A DNA stretch of 27,873 nucleotides. It comes from Promethearchaeota archaeon (lineage in GTDB: Archaea > Asgardarchaeota > Hermodarchaeia > Hermodarchaeales > Hermodarchaeaceae). Below, piece by piece: positions 1-9,439 of this stretch (its first letter is position 1; every line of letters begins with the position of its first letter). The translations under genes and the position numbers were made by a program. Location of the stretch: the NCBI GenBank assembly GCA_048939245.1, contig JBHLPR010000028.1, forward strand, positions 1 through 27,873. The letters run 5' to 3'. The notes below the pieces were generated by a model. It was not told the origin of the DNA. It did not search any database and saw nothing but the letters and a program-made list of their open reading frames with translations.

Positions 1-833
1 CGTCCACTACCCAGCATTAAGGCGTCGATGTCTTCCCGACCTGCTCCGTGAAACTTGACATCTTTTCCTTTTGTAAATTCTAGAACCGTTGGTGCGATTA
101 ATTCTTCCACCGATTCTGCATACATTTTACCGGTATGATTACATCTCGGGCATCCTTTTCCGCGACATTCTCGGCAAGGCCATCGGGTTTGTGGTATACC
201 TCGGACCAACTTTTGATACCGTCCGTAGAGAAACAATGAATGCACTTCGAGTTCAACGTCAAACTCCGGGATGCGAGTTAAAGCTACAATATCCGGTGAG
301 TCAAAGTCAACAGTCAAGTCTAATTGATTGGTCACGAGTTTTCCGATTTCACGGTTGAGCTCAGCTTTAATAGGTTCACCAGTATCAATTTTTAGTTCAC
401 TTCGTAACTGTTCTTCTTTCTCAATGATGGTTGGACTAACTTTGGTTCCAATTAGAATGGAGGCGACTTCCCAACCTTCCAAGGTTTTTATTACAGCCTG
501 CGCGGCTTCCGGGAGCTTATCCATTACTCCTCCGCAAATATCACACGGTTGAAGAGGACTGAGGTCGGTTATCCCTTCTTTTTCCAGAAATTCTCTAGCT
601 GCCTGAAATTGCCCATTTTCAGCTAAAAGACGAAGAAGTGTAAGCGCACGTTTGGGGTTATGTTGGTACACCTCAGTCCCTGTCATTAACAGAAGGGTTT
701 TCAAGGCGTGGCCACGGGTCTCATTTGTCAGCCCGTAACCGTGCATAGCAAATTGTCTGCCTAGACACCAATCATCAATGGTGTAATGACGAAGAATTTT
801 CTTTGTGCTTCTAATCATGTTTCCCAAAGTCAT
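1..833 (-). CDS. pus10: tRNA pseudouridine(54/55) synthase Pus10, 3'-truncated by window edge
   Basis: Not in ORF track. Manual translation from ATG at 833 (alternative 818): MTLGNMIRSTKK...DDWCLGRQFA...YGRYQKLVRGIPQTRWPCRECRGKGCPRCNHTGKMY...FHGAGREDIDALMLGSG. The GRYxK-RxIPQTxW and HGAGREDxD catalytic motifs are Pus10 signatures. Lies downstream of ffh as in many archaea. Confidence 0.93.
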   Translation of the reverse strand, partial: MTLGNMIRSTKKILRHYTIDDWCLGRQFAMHGYGLTNETRGHALKTLLLMTGTEVYQHNPKRALTLLRLLAENGQFQAAREFLEKEGITDLSPLQPCDICGGVMDKLPEAAQAVIKTLEGWEVASILIGTKVSPTIIEKEEQLRSELKIDTGEPIKAELNREIGKLVTNQLDLTVDFDSPDIVALTRIPEFDVELEVHSLFLYGRYQKLVRGIPQTRWPCRECRGKGCPRCNHTGKMYAESVEELIAPTVLEFTKGKDVKFHGAGREDIDALMLGSG

Positions 834-881
834 TAAGCCACAGTCAACTACGACACTTTTTCAGTGTTTCTGCATCACTAT

Positions 882-1445
882 CTAAATAGAATCGAGGGCA
901 TGAACCACTTCGAGGATTGCCACATCACGGGGAAACTGACTACGATATTGTTCAATTGAGGATGTGGGAAATTCCGGTTTATCCCAGTGTTGAACAAGTG
1001 GGCAATACATCGCGACTTTCGAAAATTCATAAATTTTCTCCTTCCATGTTGGGATTTCATTTGGGATTAAAAGCAGAAAGTCCTGATTGAGGGTCTCGAT
1101 CATGTTCTCTCGAACCGGACCGTCATTAATTGATACTCCATAGGGAATTTTTGTTTGTCTGCCTCTTGCGGCGTTTTGTGAATGTAGAATAGTGTGTAGG
1201 ATTGATCGTTCATCGGTGCCCAGATATCGGATGGTTGTCGGGTTAAGTGTGAGCGAGAATGGGCCTAACTGATCAAAACCTATCGTTATTCGAACCCAGT
1301 CCCGTAAAGCATGAGACACCCAAAATCCTGCGCGAATGCAATGGGCGATATCCACATAGGGTTTGGTAATAAGGCCTATATCAAGTTCAGTTTTTGTGAG
1401 TTCATAACCAGCTGGTGAATCAAGGAAAATGTGTAGATAAGGCAA
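882..1445 (-). CDS. TrmY-like SPOUT protein (tRNA pseudouridine-54 N1-methyltransferase family), divergent
   Basis: HCIRAGFWVSHALR...IRYLGTDERSI and C-terminal ILEVVHALD resemble TrmY motifs (CxxxAFFxSHxxR, PDER, IIHNxLD). Sits between ffh and pus10. TTG start abuts the ffh stop. Confidence 0.65.
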   Translation of the reverse strand: MPYLHIFLDSPAGYELTKTELDIGLITKPYVDIAHCIRAGFWVSHALRDWVRITIGFDQLGPFSLTLNPTTIRYLGTDERSILHTILHSQNAARGRQTKIPYGVSINDGPVRENMIETLNQDFLLLIPNEIPTWKEKIYEFSKVAMYCPLVQHWDKPEFPTSSIEQYRSQFPRDVAILEVVHALDSI

Positions 1446-2807
1446 CTAGCGAGCGCCTCGTGGAGGTTTTTGACCGCCCAGCATTCCTTCCATCCCAGGA
1501 ACACGAAGGCCACCCCGACGCTTCCGTATGGATTTAATGAACTTCCGTGATTGCTGATACTGTTTAAGGAGATCTTTGACATCCTTTGGCTGGGTTCCCG
1601 AGCCGCGGGCAATCCGAGAGGATCGAGAACCTTTGATGAGCTTAGGATTCTGTAATTCTTCCTCAGTCATCGATTTCATGATGACCTTCCATTTCTCTAA
1701 GTTCTCCGCTGCAACCTCTTTCATTTCATCTGGGACTTTGTAACCCAAACCAAGCATGCTCAAGATTTTGCCTATCGACCCCACATTTCCCATGGCTTCC
1801 ATTTGTGCCATCATATCTTTCAGTGTGAATTTACCTGATAAGAGTGCCTTAGCCAATTGCTTGTCTGGCATCGCCTCTGCATCTTGGACTTTTTTCAGAA
1901 GCGATTCAAAATCAGCCATACCTAGAAGTTGACCCACAAACTTGGTTGGCTCAAATTTTTCAATATCGTTAATTTTCTCTCCAGTTCCGATGTATTTGAT
2001 AGGTGCTCCCGTAGCTGAAACCGCTGAAAGAGCACCCCCACCACGAGCTGATCCATCCAATTTCGTAACGATAATTGAGCCGATAGGTGTCGCTGCATTG
2101 AAGGCTTCCGCTTGGGTTGAAGCCTGTTGTCCTAAAGTTCCATCAACCACAAGGATAATTTCAGTGGGTTTCAAGGCTTTTGCGATTTGCTTCATTTCCT
2201 TGATAAGACCCTTCTCCTCTTTATGACGTCCCGCTGTATCAACCAAGATGACTTCAGTCTTTTTTGCTTGGTAGTGTTTTACCCCCTTCTTAGCAATCTT
2301 AATCGAATCTTTTTCTTTGGGGTCACCGAAGCAGGGAACTTCTGCTCGTTCAGAAAGTTGTTTCAATTGGTCGAAAGCGCCCGGGCGGAAGGTATCCGCC
2401 GCAACCACTCCCACACTATGACCTTCTTTCCTGAGGTTTTTCGCTAATTTAACGATATTTGTCGTTTTTCCGCTCCCTTGGATACCAACTACAAGATAGA
2501 TATTGGACTGGTTGGGTTGGATTGTGAGCGGAACTACTTTCTGTCCTAGGATCGCTGTCAGTTCTTCGTATACAACTTTAACGACATATTCTCGTCGGGA
2601 AATTCCGGGAGCCATTTTCTCTTTGAGTGCACGTTGCTCAATTTGTTTCGTTAAATCCATAACTAGGTGTACATTAACGTCGGCTTGGAGCAGAGCACGC
2701 TGAAGGTCTTGGACGAGTTCCTTTACAGCTTTTTCATCAACAACAGTGGATCGAAGTAGTTTCCGAACAGCTTGATGGAGTGATGAACCTAATTTTCCTA
2801 GGACCAT
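1446..2807 (-). CDS. ffh: Signal recognition particle protein SRP54
   Basis: N-domain ALLQADVN, G1 GIQGSGKTT, DTFRPGA, DTAGRH, TKLDGSARGGGALS, Met-rich M domain with RIARGSG. Confidence 0.98.
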   Translation of the reverse strand: MVLGKLGSSLHQAVRKLLRSTVVDEKAVKELVQDLQRALLQADVNVHLVMDLTKQIEQRALKEKMAPGISRREYVVKVVYEELTAILGQKVVPLTIQPNQSNIYLVVGIQGSGKTTNIVKLAKNLRKEGHSVGVVAADTFRPGAFDQLKQLSERAEVPCFGDPKEKDSIKIAKKGVKHYQAKKTEVILVDTAGRHKEEKGLIKEMKQIAKALKPTEIILVVDGTLGQQASTQAEAFNAATPIGSIIVTKLDGSARGGGALSAVSATGAPIKYIGTGEKINDIEKFEPTKFVGQLLGMADFESLLKKVQDAEAMPDKQLAKALLSGKFTLKDMMAQMEAMGNVGSIGKILSMLGLGYKVPDEMKEVAAENLEKWKVIMKSMTEEELQNPKLIKGSRSSRIARGSGTQPKDVKDLLKQYQQSRKFIKSIRKRRGGLRVPGMEGMLGGQKPPRGAR

Positions 2808-2868
2808 ATCAGTTGCCTACTTAGTGCGAATACTGAGCGGATAACTCAATACGGCATCTTAATTCTTT

Positions 2869-3810
2869 CTAATCGGGCTCAAGGTCCTCTAGTACTGCAC
2901 CAATAATAAGAGGAAAGAGGATTGTGGCATCGCCAATAACAGTCTCAAATTTCGCTTCTGCTTTCACCTTGCCCCATGATATGCCTTCTTGGAGTTTAGC
3001 TCCGCTTAAGCTTCCGTCTTCTTCTCGTGCTGTGGTAATTTGAATCGCGCTGTCTACTCCGCCTCGAAGGATGTTTGCACCCAAGGTAAAATGCTTTGGG
3101 AGTCCACCACCTAATATGATGGCTCCAATTCGTTTAGCATCATTAACCTGCTCGTAAAGGATCTCCATGTCTTTTAGCCCGTTTAGCTTCAAAGGATGCA
3201 GTTGGCTAAAAAGTGCGATATGCAAACCCAACATCGAGTCCAAGATACCTGGGCAAAAGATTGGCACTTTTTGTAAAAACGCTTGGTGGACAAATGAGTC
3301 CTCATCGTCAACGTGTTCTCCAATGGTGCGAATGAGCTCTGACGGTGAGATGCCATCCATGCGTTGAGCCTTTGGAATCTCTTTCAGGATGGAACGAATT
3401 ATGTCCTCGAATTTCACAAATCCGGCGGTTTCCACGTATACATCCCCTGCTCGTCCCAGTTGTTGTTCTGCAAGTTCTCGGTCATCAGCCTTTAAGGATC
3501 CCCTTACATGATGCTCACCTATTGCCTCGAGTACATCATGAACGATGTTAGCGCCACTCGTTACAATAACCTGAATTCGTCTGGTTCTCACTAACTGTGC
3601 AATGATATCGCGTAAACCTCCGGGAACCATAGGTCCCGCCATAGCTAAGAACACGAGACACTCGGGATCATCCAGCATCTGGTGAAGAATCTGGGTAGCT
3701 CGGGCTACCCGTCCTGCACCCAACACGCCTGCCCGCTGATATTGCTTCACTAGTTCATTCAGGGACATGCCCTTTGAAATTTTCATTTGTTTAACGTATT
3801 GGCGAGGCAT
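2869..3810 (-). CDS. dys: Deoxyhypusine synthase
   Basis: SGANIVHD, GGGLPKH, GSLSGAKLQEGISWGKV (catalytic Lys), DATI. Adjacent to its substrate aIF5A. Confidence 0.95.
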   Translation of the reverse strand: MPRQYVKQMKISKGMSLNELVKQYQRAGVLGAGRVARATQILHQMLDDPECLVFLAMAGPMVPGGLRDIIAQLVRTRRIQVIVTSGANIVHDVLEAIGEHHVRGSLKADDRELAEQQLGRAGDVYVETAGFVKFEDIIRSILKEIPKAQRMDGISPSELIRTIGEHVDDEDSFVHQAFLQKVPIFCPGILDSMLGLHIALFSQLHPLKLNGLKDMEILYEQVNDAKRIGAIILGGGLPKHFTLGANILRGGVDSAIQITTAREEDGSLSGAKLQEGISWGKVKAEAKFETVIGDATILFPLIIGAVLEDLEPD

Positions 3811-3858
3811 TGTGTAAAAACCGAATCCAATTCTTTCACGTGATGGAAGACCTGCTAT

Positions 3859-4263
3859 TTATCGTCGGCGTATGAGCTTTTTTCGTCCCATTACAATCCA
3901 GTATTCGAGTTGGATACCTTGCTCGACTTTGCCTTCAAACTCTTCTTCACTAGGCATAGGCTCTTCGAAGTTCTCATAGCTTTCCATGTCCATTAAACCT
4001 AGAACCGGCGGTGTGGCATCAGTGATATAATTGATTTGTGCGACTCGTTTATCAATTACAGGCGAATCAACTTTCGCATCAGTGGGCAAGACGATACTTT
4101 TCTTGGACCCATCAAAAACACCCACAGCAGTAATCCGCGCTTTGGCATGACCATGCTTACCTGATTTGCTCTTCTCGATGCTAACTACTCTGTAAGGCTC
4201 TTCCTCAATGATGAGATACCGACCCACTTTCAAGCTACCAGCTTCGACAACTTTATGCGACAA
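3859..4263 (-). CDS. eif5a: Translation factor aIF5A (eIF5A)
   Basis: Hypusination motif KSGKHGHAK. TTG start preceded by GGTGG. Confidence 0.97.
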   Translation of the reverse strand: MSHKVVEAGSLKVGRYLIIEEEPYRVVSIEKSKSGKHGHAKARITAVGVFDGSKKSIVLPTDAKVDSPVIDKRVAQINYITDATPPVLGLMDMESYENFEEPMPSEEEFEGKVEQGIQLEYWIVMGRKKLIRRR

Positions 4264-4441
4264 ATTCTGCCACCGTCTTCGATAAAATTCAAGAGCTCAC
4301 TTAAACCTTTTTACTGCTTGGCAAAAGCCCAAATATCTAAAAATCCTGACCATTTAGAGAGGAAAATAAATTGGAAAATTTGTCTATCCCAAACCAGACC
4401 TTCATATTATTCAACAAATTAGTAGAAGATCCGTTCTTGAG

Positions 4442-4993
4442 GTGTTGAACCTGCAACCCCGACCACTTCTCATCTTTGTCATTGACACCTCCGCACTATA
4501 TAATCATGAACAATTTGCGGCAGAAGATATTCAACTTGCCATCCCTCCAATCATTGAGAAGGAAATGTATCAAAAAGGATTGAAAGACGCTGTTGAGCTT
4601 CTAAAAGTCACAAAGAAACTTCAAATCCTTGAACCCACGACCCTCTCGCTGAAGAAAGTCAAAACCACCGCTACACGACTTGGTGATTTACCGTCTCTCT
4701 CCAACCCAGATCAACAACTACTTGCCCTCGCTTTAGATCTCAAATCCCAGGATTCTCACGTCGTGATAATAACTGACGATTACTCAATCCAAAATGTTGC
4801 TAAACGTCTCTCACTGGAATTCAAGTCAGCATCCACACCAGGCATCCGTGAGCTTATCAATTGGGAAATTTATTGTCCTGCATGTAGGCACAAAGAACCC
4901 AAATCATCCAAAGAAGAAATTTGTCCTATCTGTGGAACTCCACTTAAACGCCGAGCCGTCCGTAAGAAACGAATACGAAAGAAATCGGTCTGA
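4442..4993 (+). CDS. nob1: rRNA maturation endonuclease Nob1 (PIN + Zn ribbon)
   Basis: PIN motifs IDTSA, LSNPD, TDDYSIQNVA and Zn ribbon CPAC...CPICG. Exact start uncertain (GTG 4442 or TTG 4445). Confidence 0.9.
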   Translation: MLNLQPRPLLIFVIDTSALYNHEQFAAEDIQLAIPPIIEKEMYQKGLKDAVELLKVTKKLQILEPTTLSLKKVKTTATRLGDLPSLSNPDQQLLALALDLKSQDSHVVIITDDYSIQNVAKRLSLEFKSASTPGIRELINWEIYCPACRHKEPKSSKEEICPICGTPLKRRAVRKKRIRKKSV

Positions 4994-5048
4994 TACTCAA
5001 TAAAGTTTAAGAAGCCTATGTACATCCTTCTGAATCACATTTTACGCT

Positions 5049-5240
5049 ATGAAGGCGAAAATCATGAGTGAAAGTAAATCCTCATTCTGCTCATGCTGTG
5101 GCGGTCTTGTTACACCCCGTGAAAACTCAGTCCAATTTGCGTGCCCTGCGTGTGGAAACTACACCATCCGGCGGTGCCAAAAGTGCCGAGAATTCGCGAA
5201 CTCGTATACTTGCCCTGCCTGCAATTTCCAAGGTCCATAG
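5049..5240 (+). CDS. Small double zinc-finger protein (DUF1610 / HVO_2753-like)
   Basis: CxxC...FACPACG..IRRCQKCR...YTCPACNFQGP is the family pattern, normally directly upstream of aEF1beta. Start may be ATG 5064. Confidence 0.88.
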   Translation: MKAKIMSESKSSFCSCCGGLVTPRENSVQFACPACGNYTIRRCQKCREFANSYTCPACNFQGP

Positions 5241-5278
5241 CCTGCTTATACTCCTTTATTACGTGAGGGATTTTTGAT

Positions 5279-5545
5279 ATGGGAAAGGTTCTTGCCATTA
5301 TGAAAATTATGCCAGAAGATGCGAATAAGCCCATTAGCGAATTACGCCAACGAATCGATCAAAGCCTGAAAGAAAAGGTACACATCGAAGCCTGGGAAGA
5401 GATACCCATTTTTGGCCCACTCTACGCTTTACGCCTCCGTTTCATCGTTGATGATGACGTAGGGGGAACCGAGTTCGTCGAAGAAATCATTAAAAAAGTT
5501 GGCGGAGTCGGAGAAACCGAAATCGAGGCAGTAAGCCTCATCTAA
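5279..5545 (+). CDS. ef1b: Translation elongation factor 1-beta
   Basis: MGKVLAIMKIMPED...EEIPIFGPLYAL...DDVGGTE..EE pattern, 88 aa, conserved synteny with the Zn-finger gene and cdc48. Confidence 0.92.
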   Translation: MGKVLAIMKIMPEDANKPISELRQRIDQSLKEKVHIEAWEEIPIFGPLYALRLRFIVDDDVGGTEFVEEIIKKVGGVGETEIEAVSLI

Positions 5546-5633
5546 TGGAAATAAATCCTTGCCAATAGCATTTGGATGGCGTGTATGACAGTTTTTTATG
5601 TCTTTATGTCGTTGCATTATGTGGAGAATAACA

Positions 5634-7826
5634 GTGGAAGAAGATCAACCTCCGAAAGGAAAATCCATCAGCCTCCGTGTCAAAAAGGCCCATGAACGCG
5701 ACGCAGGACGCTTCATCGTCCGCATTGGTTCTGCAACAATGGAAAAACTCGGTGTCCAAACCGGAGACATTATTGGAATCAAAGGACGAAAACAGACTGC
5801 AGGAATCGTATGGCCCGCTTATCCACAAGACGAAGGACAAAGCATTATTCGAATGGACGGTCGGATGCGACGAAACGCCGGAGTCAGTTTAGAGGAGCCC
5901 ATCTCGGTATATACCGTTCAAGAACGCCCTGGACTTTCTGTTGTTCTCGCTCCGCTCGAAATGCGATTTCCAGTTAAGGATTTCGATGACTTTGTCAAAC
6001 AAAAACTTCTCAATTGCCCAGTTGTCAAAGATGACACCGTCCATGTGTCCATTCTGGGACGCCCAGTTCGCTTCATTGTTCAACGAACACGCCCCACAGG
6101 CGTGGTTCTCATCGCCTTGAATTCCCAACTTACAATCCAAAGTGAACCACCTAGAGAACTCGAAGTCGGCGTGCCCCTCATTACCTACGAGGAGATTGGT
6201 GGACTTGGCAACGAAATTCAACGAATCCGCGAAATGGTTGAACTACCATTAAAACATCCTGAATTGTTTGCACGATTAGGGATTACCCCTCCGAAAGGGG
6301 TTCTCCTCTTTGGCCCTCCCGGTTGTGGTAAAACACTCCTCGCACAAGCTGTTGCTAACGAGTCCGAAGCTCATTTCATATCAATTAACGGGCCCGAAAT
6401 CATGAGTAAATTCTATGGTGAATCAGAGAAACGACTTCGCCAAATCTTCGACGACGCTGAGAAAAATGCACCAAGTATTATATTCATTGATGAACTCGAC
6501 GCCATTGCCCCCAAACGTGAAGAAGTGATTGGTGAAGTCGAAAGACGAGTCGTCGCACAATTACTCGCCGTCATGGATGGACTGCAAAAACGGGGGCAAG
6601 TTATCGTTATCGGAGCGTCTAACAGACCAAATGCCATCGACCCTGCACTTCGTCGACCAGGGCGGTTTGATCGGGAGATTGAAATCAGGGTTCCTGATAA
6701 AGACGGGCGTCTCCAAATCCTCCACATTCACTCAAGGGGAATGCCTCTTGAATCTGTGAAACCCGAAGGTATTGCTGAAATTACCCACGGATTTGTCGGT
6801 GCTGACTTGGCCGCACTTTGCAGAGAGGCTGCAATGAACGCCTTACGCCGCTATCTCCCCCGTATTAACCTCGAAGAAGATGAGATTCCCCCCGAGGTAC
6901 TCGCAGATTTACGTGTCACCAACGACGATTTCGTTGAAGCTCTTCGAGAGATTCAGCCAACAGCTATGCGCGAAGTCACCATCGAGGTTCCCAATGTTCG
7001 CTGGTCTGACATTGGCGGTCTTGAAGTTATCAAGCACAAACTTCAACAAGCAGTTCAATGGCCGTTACAACACCCTGACTCATTCTCACGCCTAGGTGTT
7101 GAGCCACCCCGCGGGGTTTTACTGTATGGTCCTCCAGGCTGTGGCAAAACCATGCTTGCCCGCGCAGTCGCTACCGAAAGTGAAGCTAACTTCATTAGCA
7201 TCAAAGGACCAGAAGTTCTCAGTAAATGGGTGGGCGAATCAGAGAAAGCCATCCGCGAAGTCTTCCGTCGTGCCCGTCATGCCGCGCCAGCGATAATCTT
7301 CTTTGATGAAATCGACGCAGTTGCTCCTGCCAGAGGTTCAGGTGCTGGAGATTCCCATGTTACGGAACGGGTAATCAGCCAATTTCTCACCGAAATTGAT
7401 GGTATTCAATCACTCAAAGATATCGTAGTCCTTGCTGCAACAAATCGACCCGATTTATTAGACCCAGCGATGCTCCGACCCGGACGCTTCGATCGTCACA
7501 TACTCGTTCCAGCTCCTGACGATAAAGCACGAAAACAGATTTTTGAAATCTATACTAAAAACATGCCCACAGCTAAAGATGTGGATCTTGATGAGCTAGT
7601 GAAGTTATCACAAAACTTTGCGGGAAGTGATATTGCTGCCTGCTGTCGGGAAGCAGCACTTGCTGCCCTTGAAGAAAACATGAAGTCAACCAAAATTACC
7701 CGAAAGCACTTCATTAAGGCAATTCAAGAAGTGACCCCAACAATTACAGCGGAAATGGAAAAAGCCTATCTTGCTTGGGGGAAACGTGCCAAACAAACTC
7801 GTCCGAGCACCTCACCCTTCACGTAA
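5634..7826 (+). CDS. cdc48: CDC48/VCP-family AAA+ ATPase
   Basis: N domain followed by two AAA modules (GPPGCGKT twice; IIFIDELD and IIFFDEID; RRPGRFDR and LRPGRFDR). Start uncertain: track ATG 5598 overlaps a TATA-like TTTTTATG, while GTG 5634 follows GGAG; ATG 5619 is also possible. Confidence 0.96.
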   Translation: MEEDQPPKGKSISLRVKKAHERDAGRFIVRIGSATMEKLGVQTGDIIGIKGRKQTAGIVWPAYPQDEGQSIIRMDGRMRRNAGVSLEEPISVYTVQERPGLSVVLAPLEMRFPVKDFDDFVKQKLLNCPVVKDDTVHVSILGRPVRFIVQRTRPTGVVLIALNSQLTIQSEPPRELEVGVPLITYEEIGGLGNEIQRIREMVELPLKHPELFARLGITPPKGVLLFGPPGCGKTLLAQAVANESEAHFISINGPEIMSKFYGESEKRLRQIFDDAEKNAPSIIFIDELDAIAPKREEVIGEVERRVVAQLLAVMDGLQKRGQVIVIGASNRPNAIDPALRRPGRFDREIEIRVPDKDGRLQILHIHSRGMPLESVKPEGIAEITHGFVGADLAALCREAAMNALRRYLPRINLEEDEIPPEVLADLRVTNDDFVEALREIQPTAMREVTIEVPNVRWSDIGGLEVIKHKLQQAVQWPLQHPDSFSRLGVEPPRGVLLYGPPGCGKTMLARAVATESEANFISIKGPEVLSKWVGESEKAIREVFRRARHAAPAIIFFDEIDAVAPARGSGAGDSHVTERVISQFLTEIDGIQSLKDIVVLAATNRPDLLDPAMLRPGRFDRHILVPAPDDKARKQIFEIYTKNMPTAKDVDLDELVKLSQNFAGSDIAACCREAALAALEENMKSTKITRKHFIKAIQEVTPTITAEMEKAYLAWGKRAKQTRPSTSPFT

Positions 7827-7856
7827 GATCCTATTAGGAACACACAAAGAGGAACA

Positions 7857-8123
7857 TTAGTCCTCAGCAATGGCTAGATACCGTCTTTCACCAAGTAACT
7901 CAATTTTTCGTTTAGTCTTGGTGATTTGTTGAACATGGATTTTACCGCTGATTTCAAGTTCCATGAGAGTTCGGTCTAGCTCATCAGGTGCCACATTTAC
8001 GCGGTTCGTCTTTAACATTCGCGTCAGTTCTTTATCGATGATTACCCCTTGACGCTTTTCTAAAATGGAAAGGATTACATTGCGAAGGGGGATTGTTCTC
8101 CACGTCAAAGCATTCAACCTCAT
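7857..8123 (-). CDS. Small winged-helix protein, function unknown
   Basis: 88 aa with helix-helix-helix-wing pattern (PLRNVILSIL...DKELTRML...ELDRTLMELEISGKIHV...KRKIEL). Convergent with cdc48. Confidence 0.7.
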   Translation of the reverse strand: MRLNALTWRTIPLRNVILSILEKRQGVIIDKELTRMLKTNRVNVAPDELDRTLMELEISGKIHVQQITKTKRKIELLGERRYLAIAED

Positions 8124-8301
8124 TACATAACAGTAGAAGAATCCAATTCAGGATAAAACCAACATCTCAAGAAAGATGTCAAGTCAAGACTGACCGGAGG
8201 AGATTTTAAAGTTTGTCCTTCCCTCGACAGACACCAAAACAATACAACTTTAAGAAACATAATGTGAAATCCTACCCAAGAGCAAATAACGGAGTCTTTC
8301 G

Positions 8302-8646
8302 ATGTCAACTGATCCCTTTATCCGAACTCCAGCCGTGTACACCGACATAGGTCAAATCACATCCAACTCTGCCGGTCGGCGCGTTCGTGTAATGGGATTT
8401 GTCGTTGATGTCCAAGATAACACAGGGTTTACCCTCAGCGATGACACCGGTCGAGTAATGGTGGTTACCGAACAGCCCCCCACGATTCAAACCTTTGTGA
8501 GAGTGTTTGGAACAATCGCAATCTCTCCGGAGGGTCAACCACTGCTCCGCGCTGAAATAATGCAAGATCTTGCTGCACTTGATAAACAGTTATTTAAGCG
8601 TGTACAGAAAATAGTCCAAGCCGCTCCCCGTGGGAGGAATTCCTAG
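8302..8646 (+). CDS. Single OB-fold protein, RPA small-subunit (RPA3/RPA14)-like
   Basis: RTPA...RVRVMGFVV...LSDDTGRV...FVRVFG...LRAEIMQDL plus a C-terminal helix. Stop abuts the PCNA start. Confidence 0.72.
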   Translation: MSTDPFIRTPAVYTDIGQITSNSAGRRVRVMGFVVDVQDNTGFTLSDDTGRVMVVTEQPPTIQTFVRVFGTIAISPEGQPLLRAEIMQDLAALDKQLFKRVQKIVQAAPRGRNS

Positions 8647-9402
8647 TTGCTTGAAGCAAAATTTGAAGATGCAAAAACCTGGCAGGCTTTAATTAGTGCC
8701 ATTTCCGCTCTTGTTGATGAAGCCAACTTTGAGATTTCACCTAAAGGCATGACTCTCCGTGCCATGGATCCATCTCGCATCGCGATGGTCGACTTTGAGT
8801 TGCCCAAAAGTGCATTTAGTGCCTACAAATGCGATGAGGAAGGTCACATTGGTATTAATCTTGATGAAATGGACAAAATTGTGAAACGGGCAGGAGCTGG
8901 AAATAGCCTTGAACTCGCGCTTGATCGCGAGAAAAATCAATTACAGATTACCCTTCAAGGTCGTACAAGGCGGAGTTTCAAAATTTCTCTACTTGACCTT
9001 GGGGCAGACCGTCCTCCTACTCTAAACGTAGACTTTGGTGTCAATATCAAAATTACTGCGGACACGCTGAAAGAAATCATCCAAGACGCCAATATAATCA
9101 GTGATTTCATTGCCATCGACGCTAAACCCGATAACATAATGATCTCTGCTCGCGGTGATACGGGCAACCTTGAAGTATCTATCGCGAAATCAGAGGAAGC
9201 CCTCCTTGAATACACGGTAAAAGAACCTGCCAAGTCTCTTTACGCCCTCGAATATCTCAACGATATGATGAAAGCCGTTGCGGCATCAGACACGGTTCAA
9301 CTAGAATTTGGTAAAGGCACTCCAATCAAATTGATCTTCGCGGTTAGCAGTGGAGGACATATCACATACTTCCTTGCCCCACGAGTCGAAGACGATTTCT
9401 GA
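8647..9402 (+). CDS. pcn: DNA polymerase sliding clamp PCNA
   Basis: LRAMDPSRIAMV, C-terminal ITYFLAPRVE, 251 aa. TTG start after GGAGG. Confidence 0.98.
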   Translation: MLEAKFEDAKTWQALISAISALVDEANFEISPKGMTLRAMDPSRIAMVDFELPKSAFSAYKCDEEGHIGINLDEMDKIVKRAGAGNSLELALDREKNQLQITLQGRTRRSFKISLLDLGADRPPTLNVDFGVNIKITADTLKEIIQDANIISDFIAIDAKPDNIMISARGDTGNLEVSIAKSEEALLEYTVKEPAKSLYALEYLNDMMKAVAASDTVQLEFGKGTPIKLIFAVSSGGHITYFLAPRVEDDF

Positions 9403-9439
9403 TTATCCAATACTAATTTCCCCAAAATAGGACAGGAAA

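Noticed and set aside
89-552. Plus-strand ORFs 89..358 and 328..552, and similar short nested ORFs throughout the track
   Set aside because: Antisense or off-frame to well-supported genes (here pus10).
8123-8308. 61-aa minus ORF in the divergent intergenic region
   Set aside because: Spans two TATA-like promoter elements and has no protein-like motifs.
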